Positions 16,572 through 33,808 are shown, counted from the stretch's first letter. The stretch is DNA of 39,684 nucleotides from Rotaria socialis (GCA_905331295.1 CAJNYD010000058.1:248001-287684), one strand, 5' to 3'. Program-made: numbers and translations. The notes: a model not told the origin generated them from the letters alone.

Positions 16572-19500
16572 CTAAATCAACATAGCATAATTTTCAATGT
16601 TCAATTAATAATGAGAGAAACCAAAAATGTGTGCACAGACGAAGGAAAGAGCACGAACATTCTTTTTTCCTCTTTTTTTTTCTGTTCGCTCAATTTAGAG
16701 ATCAAGACCTTACCTACTTTTTCTACCCTCATATAACAATACTAACCTCACATCACGCATAGCTCTTAACAATTCCATCCAATATTCTTTTCTTTTCCAT
16801 TCAGGTAAGCTTTTTGTTCTTTGCTCTTTTTCTCTTTTCATTTGCTTGTATGGCACATCTAATAAGCAGGCACATAAAGGGAAAAGGTAACGCTCATTTC
16901 TTTTTTTCCTTCATGACATAATGTCATTTACGTGACCTCACATTATATAGAAAAAAGAACAATTGTTGATTACAAATGAAATACAAAGAATAGGAGATGG
17001 CAATCTTGTTTTAGATTCTCAAATCGTAAGAATAAATATATTAATAAAAATCTTAAAATTAGCTAATTCAATAAAATACTAGAATTATTTGGGATTCATT
17101 TAAATTATTCTCATTACAAAAAATGTTCCAAATAGGAAAGAGTAATAATGAGAAAAAAAATATCAATTTGAAAAGTTTGATATTATGTGTAATCATGAAA
17201 TAATAATCATATATTGATTATTGTTCCACCGTAATATGCAAAGTGGTATGAAATAATCAGGAAATAAGACCAAACAGGGTCAGTAGAATGTTTACTAAGA
17301 ATGATTTCGTTCATCTCTTTTAAAAGATTCAAGTTGATTTTGAATTTATTTATTCATTAAAAGATGTTGCTTGACTCTTTCCCATTTTTACTAACATGAC
17401 GATATAGATGGTAAAAAAAAAGTTATCCGCTAGTCAGTAATCTAAATTTCAATATAGTCACTTATATGATAAGAAATATTACTATAATTCAACATATTTC
17501 AAACATAATTATTTCAAGTTTTCTAACAAGTATGAGTTACTCTCAAGTGTATTGGACGATAGAGAATAATGAGTTATTTTTTTTTAAATATATGAATACG
17601 GACCTGTACCTATAATAATACCACTCAACTGAAGATGTATAACAGTTATATAAGATCATTAGATAAATATAGTGTTGATAGAACGAATAAAAAAAATATC
17701 ATCGTGTCGAAAACGACGTCAATAAAAATGCTGAAAGATCGAAATGACAACTACTGCCAGGAGAATGAAAAAATGAATAACAACATATACCGAAAGAACA
17801 GACAAATAACAACCAAATAGACGCACATAAGCATAAATTGTATATTAGTAGTTCTATTATCATCTATTTGTGTCGTTTTGCTGACATGCATGCTTTGAAT
17901 CTTTAGCAGCTAATATCATGAAAAAAATTTAGTAGAAAAATTTTAAGGGCATTATTCAATGATTATCATCTACTGAACAAATGATAAGTACAAAAATGCA
18001 ATACTTTTACAAAGTGTAGCCTATTAATGTTCGACGCTAAGCTATTGTATCGATATATCCCATTAGTTTTACATACATTATTTCGATAGGAGACAGAATG
18101 AAAAGAAAAACAATTTTTTTGATACTAGACACCATGAGTGAATGTAAAAACCAAGAACGTCTCCGGTGATATTAATAGCCAAAATAGGCATTGAGATCAT
18201 TACATTATTCATATAAGTTTTATTTTTATTTTTTCACAAGAAAAATCCCTTTTTTTATTTAAAACGAAAAGGCGCACGAAAAGGATTTTAAGTAACAAAT
18301 GAATATAAAGTTCTGGACCCACAGGTTTTATTATTTATATTAGAAATTTTATTCATATTATTACCTACCATTTTCAAGAGATTTCAATCGTTTGAGTCGA
18401 TGAAATAGGATACAAAGATTTTATTGATTCTATATTCTATTTATTGAATGGATATATCGAAAGACACAATTACTTCCTTTACTAACATATTGTCATTTTT
18501 GTACTGGTCGATAGCAAAACATAGAGCTGATAACTGTTGATTTACAGAATCTAATTTTACAATTTATTATTCGAATATAATCAAACGATTTGGCCACTGG
18601 AATACATCCGAGATGTATAACAAAAAAAAGGTGCACTCGTGTTTATAAGACAGTGACAAGGGACTAGTATTGGAAAATTGAAAATGACATAAAAAAAGGA
18701 ACTAGAATAAATTTAAATGTTTTTGTTTATGTCAACAAACGAAATATAACTAGAGCAAGATCCAAAATATGCATTGATCAAAATCATCATTAAATACGCG
18801 AATATTCATGAATTGATATGTGATTCCTATTGTTATGTTAAGTTGTTTAGACTTGAAAATATCAACTTAACATAAGAAAAGAAATAGCAAAATTGGATAC
18901 AATAATATTGTTCGAAATTTCTCATCTAAAGTAAAATAATATATCGATCTGAAACTTTATAATTTAATCCAATAATCTGTCAATATTTTGCCGCGCTTAA
19001 GTCTAAAAACGATGAATTTTAAAGACATTTGCAAATTTTCAACACACTTCATCGAATCTAAATCGTCACCTAATAGAAAATTTCAAGTGGTCCAGGTCGA
19101 CGATAATCGAAATGCAACGTAGCGGCATAAATATATCATTAATTTATTTTATTTCATACAATAGTGAATAACTGCTTATAATAAATGGAAGTTAAATGAA
19201 AATGTGACTCTGCGTGGAAGAAAAGAATGTCATCGATATTTCAAACTGTTTAGAAATATTATTGGACATCAAAATAAAATCTAGCGTTATACGAACATTC
19301 TAATTCATATAGTGACAATTATTTAGGAGTATTTCTATATCTTAAAATGTATATAAAATGCAACTGAACTAATGAAATAGATATATTTTTATTCATGAAT
19401 ATTTTATTCCAAAAATAATGATGAATACAAATTCTATTTCATTACACGAACGATTATATAAAAGTCTTGCTTACTCTTTTTTTTAATTTTCTAGTATGAA

Positions 19501-22500
19501 TAAATTTTAGAGAAAAACAATTTTTTTGTACGTAATACAAGAGTATTTTCAATTAGAATTGTGTTTTTATACAAAGCTCAGAATCTAAGAATGCTTCGAA
19601 TTATCTCCGAAATACTTTCTATTGTTACAACTTGTACCATTAGTGTTTCTAACAAGTTTTGGTGACATCATTTTCAAACTGACTTAATTTGAATAGTGAA
19701 ATATACATTACCTATCCGATTATTAAACTAAGAGTCTGTTTAAACAAACAAAAAAAATTCTAATTGTCCTCATTTGAATAACTATATCAGTGTCCGTTAC
19801 GGTTGAAACTTACATTACATACGAATCAATATTGCAGTCAATATTGTAACACGTATCGAAGTTTATGCTACGGCGTACACAACTGTGCTATGAGCCAAAT
19901 TGATACGAGCGACCGTGTCAATCGAACTCGTGAAACTGTCATTGATAAAATAATCAAAATAGAAAAAAAGATTGCGTATTTCTATCGGTGACTATTCGCA
20001 AATAAAATATGAATGTATATCAAGTGATTTTCATAGCCCTATAAAACAATACGGATTGTGAATGCGCAGTAGTTGATATTGGCATATTCCTTAAAAGACT
20101 TGTACCTATGACTGATTATTACTGCTTAACATTTCTTATCTGTAAAGAATCTCTATGAGTTGGCTACGACCATACTCTCTACTTCGTTCTTAGAATTACA
20201 CATACAACCGATTGCACTTCTATGCATAAATATTGTTACAGAATAAGATTTAACGACATTATGGCTAATTTGAAATACATATCATCAAGAAAATGTAAAC
20301 GATTTTTATTGTCGATAATGTGAATTGAATTGTGATGCCACCAAAGTAACATTAATACGGATGCAAATTACTATTTAGAACCTTTGCGCAAAAATAAATC
20401 TTATAAGGATACATCACAACTATACATTCTAGTTGAATCTATGGTCTTGACTAAATATTCAGGTGAATTTAGAAAGAAGCTTCTGGAATAGATTAACAAG
20501 TCTAATCAAACATGATCATCATCATAATGATCACTGATTTTACTCTCGCAATCGATGATGATGTAATCAATTTTGTGACAACAGCCATCGTTCTAATAAC
20601 AGAGCAGTAATCGATCAAGGTGACACATAATCACTAAGATCGTTCGTGAAACAAATATAATTTGTCGTACTGATTACAGTCGAATACATTCGATAGTTAC
20701 ATTTGGTATATCATCTTATTTCAAGGTTTTGATACCAGCTGACATAGATGAATATTTGGAAGTCCGTTTGCGCGCTAAAATCATCATATACCATTTTTTC
20801 ACCAATCAAATTTACAAATAAACTAATTTCTATTTACAATAAAAGCAAAATATGATCATATGCCAATTTGGAATACAAGTGAAATTTATGCATAGACAAC
20901 ATTATGGCGATACGTAAACTGAAAGTATTATTCAATTTAAGTTTGAATAGAGTATAGAAAGATAATTTAAACTTTGAAAAGAGCTCTGTCTCGAGACTTT
21001 TCATAAGAACTCTTACGGTTTATACATGGTCGATTAACATAGAGAGAAAAATACAGACCATTACATACCAGTTTTAAAGTATTCTACACTACTATTTTAT
21101 TTTTGTGTTTCAATAAATTCTAATAAAATTAACTTAGCATACTAGAAGGACTATATTTACCTTTTTTGTTTGTTTGATTGTGATGTTTGTTGAGTCAATC
21201 TTTTCCAATTTTGTTTTTGTAAATAGAAATTGTAGATCTGAATTTTTAGTGACACTTGAAGAGTAATGACAAACATGCATTCATGATATTTTTTAATAGA
21301 TAAAATCACGACATCGATTCTCTTTCACTAATAACCAATACACACTTTCAATGAATGTAAAAGAAATAATTATGATATCTACCAATGAAATAAAGAAGAG
21401 GTCAATAGTTTTTATTTTGCACAAGTATCATTGCATAATTTTCTCTAAATTCCGTTTTCATATTTACGTTGGTGATAAAAGTTTTGAAAAATACCTATTT
21501 TAAAATTTCGTTTCATCAGTAATGTAGTCGAGATATTTCTCTCTCTTTTTGCAATAACTACTTGAAATGTCATGTTTCTTTTTTTTCGTATAAATTAATT
21601 GTATATAAAAGAAATAGCAAGTATTTAAAATGACATTTACATGCTTTATAGTGATTTCATTATAGATAAATAGATCGTTTTACTTCCAAGTTCATGCAGT
21701 TAAAATGATGAAAATAGATGCAAAGAGCAGGAATCTTACTAAAAAGTCCGGTCTTTATATATTGAGAAAAGATTCAAAATCGTATAGGACAAAAGTTTTT
21801 TAATAATTGAAAATCAACGATTAATATAATTATAATTTTGGAAAATATTTTACTGGAACCAAACTGCAAAACAATACAAGGAAAAATGTAACTTACTAGA
21901 CTCAATATTATTTCACTTAGTGAACGGCAATAAAGTAGACTGAGCAGAAACAGCACAACCAATATATACATATGATCATGGTATCAGATGTGCCAATAGA
22001 TATGGAATTGAACTTCAATAGTTTATAGCTTTCATTCAGCTTGAATAATAGAATACATTAAAAATATGTATTTGGTGACATATGGTTCTCATTTGGTATA
22101 GATTTCTGCTCAAGTATAAATACAGTGGTGCTAAAAATATAAAGTCATCTTGTAATAACGACAACTGCAAGAATGAATGGTTTTATTGTCAAATCAATCG
22201 ATTAGCAAACAGCAGATGTTTAGAATACGATTATTGTTTCATTGATGCAATCGGTCGATTTTACGTCAAAGGAAAAAACTCTTTATTGTGTTCTTTGCTT
22301 TGTAAATCAATGCAGGACACTGCGACATCTTTTAAAAAAAAGTCAGAGTAAAATTAAACATATTCGTATTAGATTAGATGTTGTATTGGATCTTATTAGA
22401 GTTACAAAAAAAGCAGTTAAATTTCAAAAGATTTCTCATTTCTGTTTTCTTTCAGTTATATATTTTTCAAAGTAATATTTTAAAACATATTGAATTTGAA

Positions 22501-22503
22501 AAT

Positions 22504-25500
22504 ATGGCTAAAGATAAAATTGAAGTTCGTCTGCAACAGTTACTTGACAATGAATTATCATCTTCATCAAATGATAAGAAAAAAGTTGACTCTGCTTATG
22601 AATCTTTAATTAATATTCTTCAAACACCTGAAATACGTCAACAATTACATGGATATCATGAATTAATTTTTGAATGTATATCTCAAATAATCCTCACACC
22701 ATCGAATCAATTGTTTAGCGATGATGAATTACTTTTCTTACTGGAATCAGCATCAAACGCATGCGTTTTATCAATGTCACAAAATCAAATCATTGATAGT
22801 TGGTTACAAAACATAGAAGAACGTACGTTTGAAAAACCAGATAATTATGATGACGACGATGATGATGATGATTTATATGAAGATTTAACTGAAAGCGAAG
22901 AGGAAGAAGTAGACGAAAAGGTTACGATAACAAAAGACAATAATAAAAGATCAAATAGAAGTGAAATGAATAAAAATCAAGAAAGACAAGTGTTCACTCT
23001 TGATTCATTTCGTCATGGATTTAATTCAATGTCATTGCAACAGAAAAATCAACCATTACCAAGTATGAAAAAGAATATATTTCTATATTTCAAATATCTT
23101 GAATAATCTAGAACCAATATCGAATCAAAGTAATCTTCATACTACACATTCACATGATAATCGAAATGGTAAGTTAGATCATTAGAAATTGCATTTTTTT
23201 ATTTCAAAGATCATATCGATGTTGTTTGGATGAAGCTACATTCACAGGAAGTGAAACTTGAGATTTTCTCCGTACGATGATACTTTGAATTCATAATGTT
23301 TAACTGAATAATAAATATGTTTTCCAATAGAAAAATGTCGATGAAAAGCAAAGCAAGAGACTAAGAAAATATCCACAGAAACTTAGCAGTTCGAAAGTTT
23401 TTCAATTTTATATTATCATTCATAGAGCAGAAATTCAGATACGCAAAATCTTTGGACACTGAATAAATCATCATGCGTTTCGAAATTAGAATACAAACCT
23501 TCGTTTGTACATTGATTATCGATCTTTAATATAATTTCAAACTGACACATAAGAGCAGTTCAGTTGATATTTCGAAAATCTTCGTTTACAGTGCAACAGG
23601 AAGAGTTACTGAATCCTAAAAAACCAAAAACTACCGATCATTCCACATTCTTGTGTACCATTAACGTTCATCACTATAACTAAATAGATCATCAAAAATT
23701 TGAACGAAGTAATCAAAAGGAAAATTCAACTCGCAGCAACAATCATCGAAACTTCACAGGTAAAAATGACAAAAATAGTCTGATCAAAGGACCCAATGAT
23801 AATGTGGCTAAGGGACGTCGAGCACCTCCATTCGATAACAAGTACGGAGTTGATCTTCGACTTTGTAAGTAATAAAAATATTTCAATATCTTTTCAAAAC
23901 TACAACATGTTATTTATACTAGATGATTGTTATATTTGTGGTGAATATGGTCATGTACAATATGATTGTCCTAAGAAACAAGGCCATTCGAAAGTTGCAT
24001 CCGGTGATCGTACTTCTGTTGACGTTACAAATAAGAAAGATCGAAACCAATCAAAATCTATTTCATCAGTATCTTCACTAGAAATAATTAGTAATCAAAA
24101 AGATCTAGATACCATTCAACAAGTTTATAATCAATCAACAAAATTACTAAATAGTTCGCAAACTATTGAAGAAAGAAATAAAACATTTGAATCGTTTCTT
24201 TCATTGATAAAACAGCTTCAACGACAAAATGGAGAAAAGCTTTCAAAACATTTTCATGAAAAAGAATCAATTTTCTATTCGCTTTTTTGTCATATTGCCC
24301 AAAATACTTATCTATTTACAAATGATCAATATTCAAAATTATATCGCCTGAAAAATATTTTACTACCAACAAAACATAATCTAGTAAATGAAGATCGGTC
24401 AATATTTTCTCGGCAACGTACTTTACTACCTTTAAATACTTTAGCGGAACATATGAAAAATACGAAACAAATTCAAAAAACCACATTTAACGATTTTCAA
24501 GAACACATTCTTCGCTCAACAACACCTATATCCACGACTTTATTTAATTTAATCAAATGTGCACTCAAATCAAGCACATATATGGATGTGAAATGCTGTG
24601 AAAATTTTACGAAAACAATTTTATTTGATTTAAAGAAAGATATTTTTTCAAACGAACAACTTAATGAGCTTCATTCATGTTTGAATGTTCGTATGAAACG
24701 TTTTGAACATAGTCGTCTAAAAGAAGTTTGGAAAGAACGATTAGGATTATTTAAAAATGATAAAATAACAGCTGACCTAAACAAATGGATCTCCGAGTTT
24801 GAAACAATTTTAAAAATAGATTTTAATGAACCCATAAAATCGGAAGCAATCATTGTAGATAATGCAATGTGGTATTTTGCTGTCTTATTAATGACTAGTA
24901 GTGGCCATTTAAGTAAAGATCAATATGAATATTTACTGAAATTAGCTATTCAATCCTCATTATTTAATTCTATACAAAAATTTTATTTTCAATTCTATTT
25001 GAATCAAGGAAACGCACCAATAACTATTCACGAATTAAATCAACTTAGAATTAAATTAGAAAGTGATAGTGTTGACGAGAAAAAATTTGTTTACGAAGCA
25101 ATAAAATTGATACTGGATAGAAAAAAACCAACCTTTAATAATGAAAAAGTAAATTAATTATTTATTTATTTTAATTTTTCAAATTTTTTCTGTGTTTTTT
25201 TTCGTTATATTTAGATAGAACACGCTTCATCTGATATTAATAATTTATCTCAATGTAATGATCAGGTAGATTGTTGTAGCATGTTATCTACTGATTTCCA
25301 ATTATTTGTATTTTAAAAATCTGAAGAAAAAAAAACTATATATTCATATTATCAATCGTTCTAGTGTGAAAGACAAAGATTGAATTGGATCGGAACCTTT
25401 TTATTAGTAGATTCTTCGTTTCGATATGTATTCACGAAGACTTCACATAAAAGCTAGATAAAATATGTTTACTGTACAGTTCTGTGAAGTGAAATTCTTT

Positions 25501-28500
25501 GACTTCGGCAAACTCTGAAGATCGACTTGAATTGTCTTCAAGAAAGATTTCGGAGTGTTTAGTAGACTTAAACAAAAAAAAAGCTCTTGAACGAAATTCT
25601 CTTTTACATTTAGTTTTAAATTAATGATCGAATTTACAGTAAGATTAAAGTGTCTCCAAGAAAAATCTTTTCTTTTCTCATTTCACAAGTATCAGAACTA
25701 TGATTCATTCGATTCGATTCTGAGAAAACGACACGAACTAACTTCATTTTTGATAATAATCTAGAAAATTTATAGAAAACTAACTAATATTGTTTATTTC
25801 ATCATTTTCTCTATGAAAGAGCAAACGAATTCACGACATAAAAATGCTAACTAATGACTGAAATTCTCATTCATATAAATGTCAGATAAGAACTTGCCTC
25901 AAAAGTGAAAAGATCTTCGTTAGTTACATTTTCATGTCAATCAACATTTAATATTAATATCTATCAACGAAAAGTGTAAGAAAACGCATAAAGAAACAAT
26001 CTAAACGAATCCTATTTGATATTTTTTTTCCTACTAAATTGCATTTATTCATTCTAGCCAAACAAATCAGAAGATACTATTCCAATAATTGATAATCATG
26101 TTCTATCCCGTTTGATTTCTCTGATGGAAACGATTTGTACTGATACAAAAACATTTTCATCCGAACAACTAAAAGAATTACTGGATAAATTTCTGTATCA
26201 ATCAATAATTGTTCGGCCGTTATCAAATGCTGAGCAACAACGATTACTGTCCTATTATTCTTTTCCTATATCATTGAATGAATTGAAAACATATTGTTCA
26301 AGAACGCAATTAGATTTAAATGATCTTCTTTGCTTACTTAAAAAAAGACCATTGATAAATAATGAAGAATTATATGATTTCTTGACTCAAACAATTATAC
26401 AAATATTTGAAGATCGAGAAAAATTTTCCAATGAGAAATGTCAAGAATTAAAAATTTTCGTTCAAAAACAAATTCTTGGGAAAAAACGTTATCGATTAAT
26501 TAATGAAAACTATGTAAAGTTTCGTTGCAATAAAAAAAACTTGCCAATAATTAATCGAACTAAACTCAACGAACTGTTAAATAATATTCTTTTACAAGAT
26601 TATCAAGTAGGAAAACAAAATTGAACTTTTTATATTTCTAGAATATTTTGTTTTTTCGTAGTCTCATTTAGAATTTTTCACTTTCTTAGAAGAAATTTCT
26701 CAATCGATCGATTTCAAAGAGATATCGATTGAATTTGAAATAGTTCGTTGTTTTGTATCAACAATTATTCTTGTCATAGCCGACGCTAATTACTCAAATT
26801 TATCGAATTTTGCTTCGTTTCATCAACGTTTAAAAACTATTTTGGAACAAAAAAGAAATTATTTTTCGTCAGTTCTTTCTGAACAACAATATAAACTTAT
26901 TCTAACTCGTTTAACACCAATATTGAATGTTGATTCATTGATTGACATATTAAAAACAAATTTAAATCAAATTAATTTTTCCAACTTAATTGATTTTATT
27001 AAAAATGAGTTGAAGCATCAAGATGATTTTGAAAAATTAATTCATTTTCTGCTTTATACATTTGATAACGAATTTTTATCCATTGAACAAACACTTGAAA
27101 TATCTAATCTAATTTATAACCATTCAAATTTTAATAATAAATCATTAAAAAATCTTCTTCAATATCTTATTGAATTACTTAAATCTAATGTTCATTCATC
27201 ACCGAAAGTATTTCTCAATTTAATTGAAAATAATCAAGAAAACAATCAAATTGTTAATCAAATTACAATTATGTTAACAGCTCAAAATGGAAAATATGTT
27301 GTTGCAGACTGGAGAAAAGCAATGATGAATATATTGAAAATTCTTTGTAATCGACGAGATCGGAATGAACAATTAAAAGATATTGCTCAACAATCATCAA
27401 TGTTTAATAAAACTACATTCAAACAAAAATTAAAATCATGTTGGGAACAAACACCAGATAATACAGCTGATGAAAATAAAGAACGTAAGTTAAACAATGA
27501 TATAACGCCAAGAAGATATTAGATTATTTAGTAGACGAGGCAATTGTGTTTTGTTTTGTTCAAGAAAAGTATATAAAATAGAAGAAAAATCATTCTTTGG
27601 TATTGATGCGTTTTCAGATCGAATTCTATGTAATTGAACCCATATTTAAAAAGATGAAAGCTATTTTGATTAATGTTTCTAATTTTTAAATTAAACACTC
27701 TCCTAACATTTTATCGATAGTTCATACTGTTCGAGAATAACTGGAAGATGTTGTGGCACTAGTCATCTTCTAGTGATTTGTATGAATTATTTATATGTAG
27801 AGGTTGACATTCTTTTGTCATATAGAGAATACATTTTTAGTAATGATACAACAAACCAATGGAATATTTTCCGTTTCGTTTAATCACACTATTTCATTTT
27901 GTTGCTACTAGAAACCTATTTGATGTTTTATTTCATTATTTTTGTAGAGATCATTTAGAAAGAATCGTTCTAGAAAATGAATACTGATTTCATCAAAACA
28001 AACGAGCTTCGCATCGAGTAAGAATCATACTATTTGAGCGAGTCAAAGATAATTTATTTTCAATTCTTAACTGATTTGAAATATCAAAATCACTTATGAA
28101 TAACAAAGTTTTATGATCGCTTCTTCCGAAGTCATTAGAAACGGAAGGTAAAAAAATTTTAAAAGGCTATCATTCAAAACCATTTTAACGAAAGCGATGG
28201 TTCATTTACTAAATATTAACTTCAGCCTTTGTTACTGCATGGTTCCAATGATTATAATAGTATTTTTGATTGAAAATGGATTATGCTAATTACATATCAT
28301 TCTCTTCACATATGAATAAGACAACTAAACATACTCAATAGTTTCATATCGAAAAATGAGTTGATCAATAAATAAAGTTACTCGATTTAATATGGTAATT
28401 AATGTATTAGACACCGATAATCCGAATCTAAAAGGGTTGTATTTTAAATGGATATTATTTTATAGTGTCAGAAAATAGAAACAATAACAGAACAGATGAG

Positions 28501-29244
28501 ATTGATATTTGCAAGATTATGAAATTTCTTTAAATGAATAACCTTCTTTTTAAAATTTTAGCTGATGCTATTCCTAAGAATGATAATAAAAATGAATCGC
28601 CTGCTATGCATCGTGAACTGTTTCGTAATTTGGAATCAAATGATGCATCAATGAACGCACTTGCAGTACACCAACTACATACATGTCTTCTTAATCAACA
28701 ACTTCCATCAGAACTTTTGCTTCAAAAGTTTATTCAAGCTATTAATATTGTAATAAGAAATGCTCATAAATTTACTGAAATATCATGCAACGAATGGGAA
28801 ACATTAATTGCTGAAAATCGTGGCAAGGTAAAGAACGAAACCTTGAAAAACTTACTCAAAATATATATGCTTGACCTTTTGGTTTATTAGATTTTTTCAA
28901 GCGATGCCCAGTGCGATCAATTACTAATGGAAATACTTTTAGTTCGTCTCAATATGCCAACGGATACAATGAATACATTGAATCGATTGATACAATCAAA
29001 AAAACCACACGAAAGAACTAATGGAGTGAATCGATTTATTTTACTTTTGAAAAATACACAAATCAATAATGCGAAAAGTAAAACAATGAATTTACCAACT
29101 ATATCAAATCAATTCTATAATACAATAACTCGAGTTGTATTTGATCAAAAATTCGATGATCGTCAAGTGCGACAATGTTTAACAACAGCTAAAAATTCTT
29201 GGTTATTAAATAATGGTCATCGAGAAAAACTAAATAATATTTAG
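22504..29244 (+). CDS. Large (~1350 aa) uncharacterised alpha-helical protein with an acidic tract and a CCHC zinc knuckle. Exons: 22504-23062, 23112-23168, 23688-23864, 23923-25148, 25215-25265, 26058-26606, 26662-27484, 28562-28827, 28891-29244
   Basis: Phase-compatible GT-AG junctions link the large ORFs into a 4062-nt frame. CYICGEYGHVQYDC (CX2CX4HX4C) lies at ~23928-23969. The small exons are less certain. Confidence 0.75.
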
Positions 29245-30248
29245 TTTGGTTTTCGTTTTCTGTGCTGTAAGAGAAAATATTACAATATTATTTTCACATA
29301 GTAACGAACCTGTGATTTGTTCTTCAGCGATATTTCTTTGCATATTATGAAACTTATTTTTCTATGCATCATAAAAAGAGTATCAAAAGAACTCTTTCAT
29401 TTGTATTTTCTTGTATTGTTCTTTTTGGCATTTGTGCTAAAATAAAGTTTCTTAGAGAATATATCACCACTAATTTCTTTATGATGATATCTACAAGATA
29501 ATTGATCATAGGAGTGGCTTGAGGGTTTGGTTGTAGATATGAATGAAGAGACACAGTTATAAAAATGATCGCACATAATCTATGGCCAGCCTAAACCCTC
29601 ACTTTACTCTTGAGAATTAAATTCTATTTCAATGATTAGCTTCAGTCAAATACACACTTTAAATAGTTTTTATGAAAACGAATTTGGTTATGATATATAA
29701 TAAATATTTTAATAGAAAAATACGTTACAACAACCATATTCTCAGCTATACTATTCATATGGCGTGCCATCTTACTCGTTGTAGAAAAAGTGTCTATCAA
29801 CAACTAATGCATAGATTTTGTACAATATTTTTCATACAGAAACATAACATCCTCATAATGGCTGCAAACTATGAAAGAAGTATCACGATTGAATATTTTT
29901 TTTCTTTATACATTCTATTCATATAAGTAATACTGATAACATTTTGGCTCATGAATTACGAACAAATGCATATACTGTTAGGATAACATACTGAAGTATG
30001 ATTGTCTATTTTATAATATTCACCTTGTTTAAAATCTTTTATTTCATGGATACACAAGTATTATGAATAAATGAATCTTTTTCTTTCAAGACTTAACCAT
30101 GAGATTCATGTTAAATATATAAAATATCTCATATTACTTGTACTTTAATCTATATATTCAGCATGCACAAGCTTAACATATCAATTACATGAAACTGTTC
30201 ATTTATAAATCTTGTTCTTTCTTCAATTTTGAGAAGATTCATTTAAAT

Positions 30249-30695
30249 ATGTTTCATACAATAGTTACATTAATTCTCGGTTTTACATATCTACGAACAA
30301 TCTCAAGTCAAAACTTGAATGGAATATTTTTAATTCATGAATGTGAATGTAGTTCTTCAAAGGAAACATGTGAACCCAATGGCCCATTTATATTAAATCA
30401 AAAACGATCGACGCTTACTGTTAAATATGGTTCATTACAAATTGGTGTTGGTACATTGGGAAATAATCAAGTTGATTTATATTTAAATCAAAATCGTTGT
30501 AAAGGTTTATGGGATGGAAAAAATCATATTGCTGATTTAAAATGTCAACATCAAGGTAATGTTATTTGTACCACTAAACTTCGTTGTTTATCAGGTTCCT
30601 GTCTTGATGATACATCAACAGCAATTTCATCAGCTCCAAGAAAAGCAACTTACTCTTTTCTATTCATGATTGGTATATTAATCATGTTAGTTTAG
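30249..30695 (+). CDS. Small secreted cysteine-rich protein, 148 aa, probably GPI-anchored, intronless
   Basis: Signal-peptide-like N-terminus MFHTIVTLILGFTYLRTISS, 8 Cys, a beta-rich core, a Ser/Ala spacer (ISSA) and a hydrophobic C-terminus with no cytosolic tail. Confidence 0.8.
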   Translation: MFHTIVTLILGFTYLRTISSQNLNGIFLIHECECSSSKETCEPNGPFILNQKRSTLTVKYGSLQIGVGTLGNNQVDLYLNQNRCKGLWDGKNHIADLKCQHQGNVICTTKLRCLSGSCLDDTSTAISSAPRKATYSFLFMIGILIMLV

Positions 30696-30773
30696 TTTTA
30701 TTTATCAAACACAAAAAAACAATTTTCATGAACAACAATAAGCCTCATAAAATTTTTATTTTAAAAATAAAAA

Positions 30774-32331
<1,558 letters not shown>

Positions 32332-32824
32332 AATTTATTTTTCTAAAAGCAAATTTTTATTTATAGAATTTAATGTGGAACAAAAAAAAACAAATCTAAA
32401 TTATATATTGCGCTATAAAAGGAAAAAATACAAACGATTATTTATTATACGAATTAAATTATTGTTTCAATAGAAAATTTTCACGACAAAGTCCATTTTA
32501 AATGTACGCCCCATATTCTATCTATATACAAAAAAGAAACATTGAGCGATACGGAATCGAAAATTTCGTTATAGAATGTTTGCTAGGTTTTATCACATTT
32601 AATAAATACTTAGAATTATTGTCTCTTGTGTATAATACTGTTCGTTCGTTAATATCACGTTATAAATAATATCTACATAAAACTGTTTTTGTTCAGTTAA
32701 AGAAATAGAAAAACGAAGATCTAGCAAAAGAAACGAAAAAAAAGAAAATGAATTATTGAAAGACAAAAGAAAAGGAAGACGCGATCGACCGTTTGTTCAT
32801 AAATATGATTGTCTATATTAACAA

Positions 32825-33384
<560 letters not shown>

Positions 33385-33786
33385 TCATTTTTTAATGATA
33401 AACAACAAATAAGAAATAATATAAGACGCGTTTTTATAGCACATACACATCTTTTCTTTTGTTTCATGTTTTGCTTTAGCTCTAACAAGAAAAGATATAA
33501 ATTTGATTTTCTAATAGAAGTAAAGGTATATATATATATATAATACACTATATTTTTTTTGTATGTAAGTGGCAGTGAGTAGTGTATGCGTTATTTGAAA
33601 AGAATAAGAGAAGAAAGAACAAAAAATGATCAAATTCTAATAACAGACGAAACACAAAGATCATTCAAATGAGTTGAACGCCTGGTTGGCAACTTTTTAA
33701 GAGAATACATTCGAGCGAAACAGAGACAGACAGATAGAGACAAAAAACACAGAAAAGAAAAAAAAGATGAGAAAACACAAAAGGTT

Positions 33787-33792
33787 TTTATT
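33787..33792 (-). promoter_or_regulatory. Candidate poly(A) signal for the short SMARCC isoform
   Basis: AATAAA ~17 nt after the stop at 33809, followed by GT/T-rich sequence on the minus strand. Confidence 0.5.
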
Positions 33793-33808
33793 TCGTTAAT
33801 AATTATTA

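Noticed and set aside
17000..22350. Short ORFs (60-90 aa) in the long AT-rich stretch
   Set aside because: They have low-complexity AT-driven composition and no motifs or linked exons.
23928..23969. CCHC knuckle as evidence of a retrotransposon Gag
   Set aside because: It sits in a multi-exon gene with no protease, RT, integrase or LTRs nearby.
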